DNA of 64,000 bases from Rhodospirillaceae bacterium (GTDB lineage Bacteria; Pseudomonadota; Alphaproteobacteria; GCA-2731375), in contig JABIRL010000080.1 of NCBI GenBank assembly GCA_018667855.1, positions 10,341 through 74,340 of the forward strand, in the 5' to 3' direction. The translations under genes were made by a program, and so were the position numbers. The notes under the pieces were generated by a model, which saw only the letters and a program-made list of their open reading frames with translations, was not told where the DNA came from and searched no databases. Shown here in pieces: positions 57,452-64,000 of this stretch (the stretch's first letter is position 1; every line of letters begins with the position of its first letter).

Positions 57452-58833
57452 AGAAACGGAGTAAAGCATCCGCCCTGGCGGGGCTGCTGATCATCGGTCT
57501 CGGCACGGTGATCGTGCCCCTGGATACTTCCGTCAATATTGCTTTCCCCGACATTACCTCTTCGTTCGGCGTTCCCATCGCCGCCATTCAATGGGTCGTG
57601 GTCTGCTATGTGTTGACCAATGCCTCATTGATGCTGGTGTTCGGAAAGCTGGGCGATCTGTTCGGACACAAGCGCATATTCCTGACCGGACTGGCCATTT
57701 CCGCCTGTGCCTTCCTTGCCTGCGCCACGGCGCCGGCCTATCACTGGCTGTTACTGGCCCGAGTGTCGCAGGGCATCGGCGCGGCCCTGGTGCTCAGCTG
57801 CGGACCGGCCATGGCGACGTCGCTGTTTCCGGAGAACCGGCGCACCCGGGCCCTGGGCGCCTATACCATGATGTTCGGTATCGGCAGCGCCGTCGGCCCC
57901 TCTCTGGGCGGGTTCATGGTCGAGGCCTGGGGCTGGGAAGCGGTGTTCTGGTTTCGCCTGCCCATATGCCTTGCCGCGCTTGCCGCACTGCCCTGGCTGC
58001 ATAACGAACAGGGAGAGCGGCGCACTGGCGGCTTCGATCTATCGGGAGCCTTGTTGCTGGCCCTGGGTCTTGGGGCGCTGATGTTCGCCCTGAACAGACT
58101 GCAACACGATACGGCATATGGCTTGATCATCGCCGCGCTGGGCGCGGGCGCGCTGATCACCTTTGTCTGGCGCGAGGTACGGGCGGAGGAGCCGATCATT
58201 CCCCTGGCAGTGTTCCGGCGGCTGGATTTCTCGGTTCTGAACATCTTCAACAGCCTGGTCATGCTGGTCGGTTTCGCGCCTTATTTGCTGGTGCCCTATT
58301 TCCTGGTCCGCGCGACGGACTATTCCCTGGCGGCAAGCGGTCTGATCCTGGCCACATCCGCCCTGGGTCAGGCCGTGGCGGCCCCGGTGGGTGGCTGGCT
58401 GTTGAGTTGGCGACCCTGGGCGGGACCGTTCGCCTTGCTGGGCTCGGTTCTGGTCGCGTTGGCGACCCTGGTGATCGGCACCTGGGATCTGGGCGCCGGG
58501 ATCTGGACCATGGCCATGCCAATGTTTGTACAGGGCATCGGCCTGGGTCTTTTTCAGGTTTGTATCCTGGATGTGGTCACCAAGCGCCTGGATGTACGCG
58601 ACCGGGGCGTCGCGGGCAGTCTGGCCCAGGTTTCCCGCACCATCGGTGTGGTCTTGGGCGCGACGTGTCTGTCCTTGATCTTCGCCTATCTGCGGGAGAA
58701 CACGGGCGGCAGCGGTCCCGACGAAATGGCTGCCTTCCTTGCCGCCTTCAGCCAGACATTTTTCATTGCCGGCGTCGGGTTGCTGCTATGCCTGGGCCTG
58801 ACCCTGGTTCGGCCGCGCATATGGTTCAATTGA
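57448..58833 (+). CDS. MFS transporter (DHA2-like)
   Basis: LDTSVNIAFP, GKLGDLFGHKR, GPSLGG; TTG start overlaps the upstream stop. Confidence 0.9.
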   Translation: MKKRSKASALAGLLIIGLGTVIVPLDTSVNIAFPDITSSFGVPIAAIQWVVVCYVLTNASLMLVFGKLGDLFGHKRIFLTGLAISACAFLACATAPAYHWLLLARVSQGIGAALVLSCGPAMATSLFPENRRTRALGAYTMMFGIGSAVGPSLGGFMVEAWGWEAVFWFRLPICLAALAALPWLHNEQGERRTGGFDLSGALLLALGLGALMFALNRLQHDTAYGLIIAALGAGALITFVWREVRAEEPIIPLAVFRRLDFSVLNIFNSLVMLVGFAPYLLVPYFLVRATDYSLAASGLILATSALGQAVAAPVGGWLLSWRPWAGPFALLGSVLVALATLVIGTWDLGAGIWTMAMPMFVQGIGLGLFQVCILDVVTKRLDVRDRGVAGSLAQVSRTIGVVLGATCLSLIFAYLRENTGGSGPDEMAAFLAAFSQTFFIAGVGLLLCLGLTLVRPRIWFN

Positions 58834-59318
58834 TGTGCTTCACCGATGCCATCAGCCGCTGGTTTCCAGGCTTGGCGAAATGCCTTAAAACAGTCCTCAT
58901 AATAAATGAATTTAAATCACGGCCATGGCTTTTGATACTCGCCCTCATGGGCTCTCCGATAGCGCCATCATTCGCACAATCCACTTCCCAATCAATTTTG
59001 CAACCGCCGCCAAGCAGCGTGCAACAGGTCTATGTCGAGGATCAGCAGCGCCGGGCTGAAGCCGCGGCGCGAAGATCAATTTTCAGGAATCCCGAAGCGA
59101 CAAGCGTTGCCGCCACGCAGCAACCCGCCGGCCAATCCCCGGCCGGGGCGGTCATACCTGCCGTCCCCGGCGCAATCGGATCCCTGCAGCCGTTTGCCAT
59201 TACAGCCGGCATGAGCGTGTTGGCGATCGTCGCCGCGTTGGCCGCCGTATCAACCGATACAGGCAAGGCGGTCAACAGCGACGGCGCGTCGTCGTCGAGC
59301 CCCACGGGGACGAATTAG
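58833..59318 (+). CDS. Hypothetical exported/membrane protein
   Basis: Fills the gap between genes; signal-like LLILALMGSPIAPSFA and a C-terminal hydrophobic stretch; start uncertain. Confidence 0.45.
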   Translation: MCFTDAISRWFPGLAKCLKTVLIINEFKSRPWLLILALMGSPIAPSFAQSTSQSILQPPPSSVQQVYVEDQQRRAEAAARRSIFRNPEATSVAATQQPAGQSPAGAVIPAVPGAIGSLQPFAITAGMSVLAIVAALAAVSTDTGKAVNSDGASSSSPTGTN

Positions 59319-59424
59319 TCGCGGTTATCATATCCGCCCGGGCCAACCTTTCGGGCGTCTCGTTCGACCCGGAAGGGACGCGCGGATCATGGCCAGCATG
59401 AGGAATACGGGCTAGACTGGCGCT

Positions 59425-59883
59425 ATGTCTGATGTCATTCAACGTAGGTTGGCGTCGATTGTTTCCGCCGATGTGGTCGGTTATTCACGCCTGATGGGTC
59501 TGGACGAAGTGGGCACCCATGCCCGGCTCAAGGCCCGCTATGCGGAGCTGATCCAGCCCAAGATCGCGGCCCACAATGGACGCGTGGTCAAACTCATGGG
59601 GGACGGCATGGGACATTTTATCGCCGACCGAGACCTGGATGCGGTCAACGCCGCCGGGGAATGCTTGCGGCATCGGCCCGACTTTCATTTGGCCGTGTTA
59701 TGTTTGACGGTCGCATTGGGACAATTGGATCGGGGGGAGGAAGCGAAGGCCGCCGGCGCGGTCGTGCTGGGCATGTTGCCGGGTTTCTCGCTGGCAGCCC
59801 ATGAACGCTCAACCCCCATATCCCAGGAGGCCGACCGCCAGCGATATATCGATGGTCTGCGGAAAGCGGGTCTACCGGAGTGA
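59425..59883 (+). pseudogene. Internally deleted adenylate cyclase-TPR gene
   Basis: First about 61 aa of a class III cyclase (RRLASIVSADVVGYS...KLMGDG) fused to a TPR-like tail ending DGLRKAGLPE. Confidence 0.75.
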
Positions 59884-60507
59884 CGGCTTTCTGGCTGTCG
59901 CGGTCATAAGGCCCCAAAGCCAACTGATTTTGTATCGATCCATATTCGCGACCTCGAACCCGGTCTCTTCCAAAAGCATGTGGCAATCGGTGCTGTCGTA
60001 ACAACGGTAATGGGCCGCATCAAACAGCCGCAATATTCGATCAACAACGCGGCAGGAAAAATAGTCATCGCACCAGTCCGAGAGAATGAGCCGACCACCG
60101 GGGCGGAGAATGCGGTGCACCTCGCGCAAGACATCAAAGGGCAGCTGAAAGTAATGAAAGGCGCTTGTCGTGACCACGGTATCGAAACAATCGTCAGGAA
60201 AGGGCAGGTCATCGGCGGACGCAGTATGCAGCGCCACCTCCGCCGGCAGGTTTTTCCTTGCCTGGGCCAACATCTCCGGCGAAAGGTCCGTTCCGGTCAG
60301 CTCGGCGGCGGGATAGGCTGCCCTGACGGCACGCAAAAGCGCGCCGGTGCCGCAAGCAATATCCAGCACACGGTGGCCAAGATCGGGCGGCAATCGATAC
60401 ATTGTCTCGCGCACCGTGGCCTCCACATAAAAGGCCCACTTGTCCTCATAACGGTCGGCAAGGTGGCTATATTCCCGCGCCACCGCAAGATGGCGATCCT
60501 GCGCCAT
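59872..60507 (-). CDS. Class I SAM-dependent methyltransferase
   Basis: VLDIACGTG, DLSPEML, LPFPDDCFD, LRPGG. Confidence 0.92.
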   Translation of the reverse strand: MAQDRHLAVAREYSHLADRYEDKWAFYVEATVRETMYRLPPDLGHRVLDIACGTGALLRAVRAAYPAAELTGTDLSPEMLAQARKNLPAEVALHTASADDLPFPDDCFDTVVTTSAFHYFQLPFDVLREVHRILRPGGRLILSDWCDDYFSCRVVDRILRLFDAAHYRCYDSTDCHMLLEETGFEVANMDRYKISWLWGLMTATARKPSLR

Positions 60508-60582
60508 AGGCCATGCCTTTCACAAAAACGATCCTAAAACCGGAGGCTACGGCGGCCGGCGGTAGCGCGTCATTGACTTACG

Positions 60583-60936
60583 TCATTTGGCGGTGTTCGG
60601 CGTCAATCTCTCGTCGGGCGGCAAGGTGTCGGTGACCAAGTCGCGGATCAGGCGTTTGTTGGGCAGGGGCTCGATCAGCATGGCTCCGGTTTGCAGGGGT
60701 GTGGTACAGGCATAGGCGGTGCGTCCGTCGATGCGCATAACACATTCCTTGCAGGCATTGGCGCTGATGCAGGAATAGCGCACGGCAAGGGTGGAGTCCC
60801 GGTTGCCTCTGATCCAGCGCAGGGCATCCAGCACCGACTGGCCGTCCTCGAACGGGAATTGGAATTCTTCGTGCTGGATCGCATCGTTGGGTCCGCCGCG
60901 CCGGATTTTCAGCTGGGCAACTTTGGGTTCGTTCAT
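60583..60936 (-). CDS. 2Fe-2S protein (N-terminal SdhB/FrdB domain only)
   Basis: SVLDAL, SC-x5-C-x2-C-x11-C, IEPL...IRDLV. Confidence 0.88.
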   Translation of the reverse strand: MNEPKVAQLKIRRGGPNDAIQHEEFQFPFEDGQSVLDALRWIRGNRDSTLAVRYSCISANACKECVMRIDGRTAYACTTPLQTGAMLIEPLPNKRLIRDLVTDTLPPDERLTPNTAK

Positions 60937-62642
60937 GAAGGTTGCTCCAGGGTTGGGTTGCGACGCACCTCGGCCCGGCCCAAAACGACACCATCGCCGT
61001 CAGAACGGATGACCTGATTGAAGGTCCAGGCCTCGTCAAGTCCGGGATAGTCTTCCCGTTGATGGGCGCCCCGGCTTTCCGTCCGCGCCAGGGCGGCGGT
61101 GGCGATGGCGCGGGCCACTTCCAAGCCATTTCGAAGAGCCAGCCAATCAGACAATTGCTGATTAAACGCGATGGCACCACCCGTGGGCATTTGGGGCAAG
61201 GCCGCCGTCATTTCGGAGATCGCCGCAAGCGCACGGTCCAGACCCTCGGCCGTGCGGAACGGCCCCACATCGCGCTGCAAAATCGCCTGCAGTTCCGCGA
61301 ACACCTGGGTCGGATTGAGGCCTTCACCACGCCGCTGCAAAGCTTCCTCCAGCACCGCCCGGCAAGCCTCGGCCGGCGCCTCGATTTCCGGCATGGCCTG
61401 GCTGACCGCCGCGGCCGCGGCCGAACGACCGGCCAGTTCACCGAAAACAAAGGCCTCGGTGATGGCATTGCCGGACAGGCGGTTGGCGCCGTTGGCGCCG
61501 CCCACCGCCTCGCCGGCGGCAAACAGATTGGCGACGTTCGTGGCTAACGTATCATCGACCCGCAAACCGCCCATGTGATAATGGGCGATGGGGAAAACTT
61601 CTATCGGCATTTTGGTCAGATCAATGCCGTTGTTGGCCAGACGGTCGATCACCGGACCGAAGGCGGCGCGTAGGTCGGCTTCGGAAATATGTTCAAAGGA
61701 CAGCCAGGCCCCGCCATGGGGCGATCCGCGTCCGGCCTCGACTTCCTTGAAAATGGCATAGGTGGCGGTGTCCCGGGTGACCACATATTTGCCGTCCTCC
61801 GCCGTGCCGTAGTTCTGGGTAAACTCTTCCATCTCGCCGTTCAGCAACCGCCCGCCCAGTTTGTAGCGAAAGGGATCCCACATGATCGGATCCATGCCGA
61901 TCAAGCGCGGCGCCAAATGACCGATGGGAAAGAACTGCACGAACTCCATATCGATCAGTTCGGCGCCGGCGCGCAGGCCCAGGGCAAAGCCGTCACCGCC
62001 CATATTGGCGGAAGCCGAATTGCGCTGGTACAGGCTGGTCAGACCGCCGGTGGCGATGATAGTCGCCTTGGCGGCGATGGTGACCGACGCGGCGCCCTCC
62101 AGATGCAGCGCCACGGCGCCCACCGCGCACTCGTCTTGCACCACCAGATCCGTTACCGTCAGGTCCGAGATGCGGCGGATATTGTCGTATTGCCGGACCT
62201 TGTTGCGCAGGGTGCGGGAAGACGCCGGCCCGGTATTGAGAAAATCAACATAGACACAGCGGTTTCGGTCATGGCCCGGCGCGTGGGCCTGGGTGATGTG
62301 ATTGCCGCCTTCGACGCTGCGGGCCCAGCCGATACCCCATTCCTCCATCTCCCAGATCCGCTCCGGCGCGGTCTGGCAGAGAATTTGCGCCAGAGGTTCG
62401 TCCACCAGGCCCCGGCCGGCGGTTATGGTGTCGGCAAGGTGAAAGCGCCAATCGTCGGGCTCTTCCTCGCCTATGGCGGCGGCCACGGTCATCTGCGCCA
62501 TGATGGTGGCGCCGGACCGGCCAACCACGCTCTTGTCCAGCAGCAACACCTCGGCACCAGTCTCGGCGGCGGTGATGGCGGCATACATGCCAGCCCCGCC
62601 CGCCCCGATAATCAGGACGTCCGTCTCCAGAATTTGCGCCAT
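60933..62642 (-). CDS. SdhA/FrdA/NadB-family flavoprotein
   Basis: IGAGGAG, ATGG, DMEFVQF, HYHMGG, GANRLSGN, RTESRGAH. Confidence 0.92.
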   Translation of the reverse strand: MAQILETDVLIIGAGGAGMYAAITAAETGAEVLLLDKSVVGRSGATIMAQMTVAAAIGEEEPDDWRFHLADTITAGRGLVDEPLAQILCQTAPERIWEMEEWGIGWARSVEGGNHITQAHAPGHDRNRCVYVDFLNTGPASSRTLRNKVRQYDNIRRISDLTVTDLVVQDECAVGAVALHLEGAASVTIAAKATIIATGGLTSLYQRNSASANMGGDGFALGLRAGAELIDMEFVQFFPIGHLAPRLIGMDPIMWDPFRYKLGGRLLNGEMEEFTQNYGTAEDGKYVVTRDTATYAIFKEVEAGRGSPHGGAWLSFEHISEADLRAAFGPVIDRLANNGIDLTKMPIEVFPIAHYHMGGLRVDDTLATNVANLFAAGEAVGGANGANRLSGNAITEAFVFGELAGRSAAAAAVSQAMPEIEAPAEACRAVLEEALQRRGEGLNPTQVFAELQAILQRDVGPFRTAEGLDRALAAISEMTAALPQMPTGGAIAFNQQLSDWLALRNGLEVARAIATAALARTESRGAHQREDYPGLDEAWTFNQVIRSDGDGVVLGRAEVRRNPTLEQPS

Positions 62643-62645
62643 GGC

Positions 62646-63545
62646 TTAGAGCAGATCCGCCACGGCGGCGCGATAGGTTTCGATGCCGTCGATATGGGCG
62701 GCCAGGGAACGGCCCTCAATGCGGGTGTGGTGATCGCCCCGGTCGTAGCTGTTATTGACGGTGATGTGGGTGACACCGGCATCACGCCAGAATTCAAACT
62801 CCCGGCGCCAATCGTCCGGCCCCCCGGCCCCGACCGAGGCCCAGATCTCCAGACCCACTTGGTCCGGTTCGCGGCCCTCGGCCTTCGTGTAGCCGCGCAA
62901 TTTATCGAACGCGGCGACGGCATCATCGCCCGGCGGATGGGCCAGCATGATCCAGCCGTCACCCCATTTCGCCGTGCGCCGCAAGGTTACGTCCTCATGG
63001 CCGCCAAACCACAATGGGATACTGCCCCCAATCGGCAGCGGGTTGATGCCGGCGTCGTTGATCTTGTGCCACTTGCCATCGAAGGTGACATGAGGTTCGG
63101 CCCACAGGGCCTGCATGAACTCAACCTGTTCTTCCGAACGGCGGCCCCGGTTGCTGAAATCCTCACCCAGGGCAACGAATTCCTCCGGGTTCCAGCCGAC
63201 ACCGACGCCGAGGCGAAAGCGCCCTCCGCTCAAGACATCGACACAGGCCGCCTGTTTCGCCACCAATGCCGCCTGACGCTGGGCCAGGATCAGGACCTGG
63301 GTGGAAAAGCCGATGGCCTTGGTGCAGGCGCTCAGAAATCCGAATAGCACAAAGGCATCATGAAACAGATCAGCGGACGTATTCCGATTACCCCAATCGG
63401 GTCGGCTGTCCGCATTGACGCCGATCACATGATCCGCCGCGCCGATATAGTCATATCCCATATCCTCCGCCGCCTGGGCGAAATCCCTCACCACGTTGGG
63501 ATCGCCGCCGATATCCCACATGGGTATGTTGGCACCTAGCTGCAT
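62646..63545 (-). CDS. LLM-class F420-dependent-like oxidoreductase
   Basis: ADHVIG, QRQAALVAKQAA, LSGGRFRLGVGVGWN, GDGW. Confidence 0.9.
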   Translation of the reverse strand: MQLGANIPMWDIGGDPNVVRDFAQAAEDMGYDYIGAADHVIGVNADSRPDWGNRNTSADLFHDAFVLFGFLSACTKAIGFSTQVLILAQRQAALVAKQAACVDVLSGGRFRLGVGVGWNPEEFVALGEDFSNRGRRSEEQVEFMQALWAEPHVTFDGKWHKINDAGINPLPIGGSIPLWFGGHEDVTLRRTAKWGDGWIMLAHPPGDDAVAAFDKLRGYTKAEGREPDQVGLEIWASVGAGGPDDWRREFEFWRDAGVTHITVNNSYDRGDHHTRIEGRSLAAHIDGIETYRAAVADLL

Positions 63546-63557
63546 TTCATCCTCCCT

Positions 63558-64000
63558 TTACCGCGCCTTCCATACGGGCGCGCGTTTCTCCTTGAACGCC
63601 AGGGGACCTTCCTGGGCATCTTCGCTCAGATAGACATCTTCATATGCCGCATCGCCGGCCTTCAGCGCCTCGCTCCACCCCACTTCGGCCACCGCATAGA
63701 CCATTCGCTTGCCGGCGCGGACAGACAGCGGCGCGTTCTGGGCGATGGTCTCGGCCATGGCGCGGGCCGCATCCATCAACTCGGCCAGGGGCACGACCTG
63801 GTTCACCAGACCCACCTGATAGGCCCGCTCGGCCGAGATTGGTTTTGCCGTGACCAGCAACTCCATGGCCACGCGCGGCGGGATCAGCCAGGGCAGTGGG
63901 GCGGCCCAAGGCGCGCCGCGGCTCCATTTCGGTTCGGTAATGGCAAAGCGGGCATTGTCGGCAGCGATGCACAGATCGCACATCTGGGATAGATAGAAAC
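63558..64000 (-). CDS. Enoyl-CoA hydratase/isomerase family (5' end outside the window)
   Basis: CDLCIAA, FAITE, GLVNQVV, EDAQEG..AFKEKR.PVW. Confidence 0.88.
   Translation of the reverse strand, partial: FYLSQMCDLCIAADNARFAITEPKWSRGAPWAAPLPWLIPPRVAMELLVTAKPISAERAYQVGLVNQVVPLAELMDAARAMAETIAQNAPLSVRAGKRMVYAVAEVGWSEALKAGDAAYEDVYLSEDAQEGPLAFKEKRAPVWKAR

Noticed and set aside
61689..63347. 552-aa plus-strand ORF
   Set aside because: Antisense to the flavoprotein and LLM genes; no recognisable domain.

Overview
GC-rich bacterial chromosomal window, most consistent with an Alphaproteobacterium (rapZ-EIIA-HPr cluster, DUF3126, EI24/bactofilin, CIR/RIME-like repeats). It holds about 60 genes and one tRNA-Arg(ACG). 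Most genes are small-molecule catabolic enzymes: a Co-type nitrile hydratase operon, two amidases, three LLM oxidoreductases, SDRs, ThDP enzymes, a CoA ligase and CoA transferase, amidohydrolases and a TRAP transporter. The best candidate for an undescribed system is at 29.2-35.9 kb: a soluble seven-PAS hybrid kinase, an unannotated 53-aa His-rich ORF, an OmpR-type regulator, a group I truncated globin and a PAS-like/coiled-coil adenylate cyclase. The small ORF and the globin-cyclase pair are each preceded by the same four-half-site operator-like array at about the same distance. Other notable items: a G-type halohydrin dehalogenase homologue with a variant motif, an SdhA-like flavoprotein with a 2Fe-2S-only partner, two families of TAG-bounded palindromic repeats sitting on stop codons, IS630 and IS481 relics (the latter truncating a CoA transferase), a duplicated TRAP small subunit and an internally deleted cyclase. 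All calls come from motif recognition by eye; no database searches were run.
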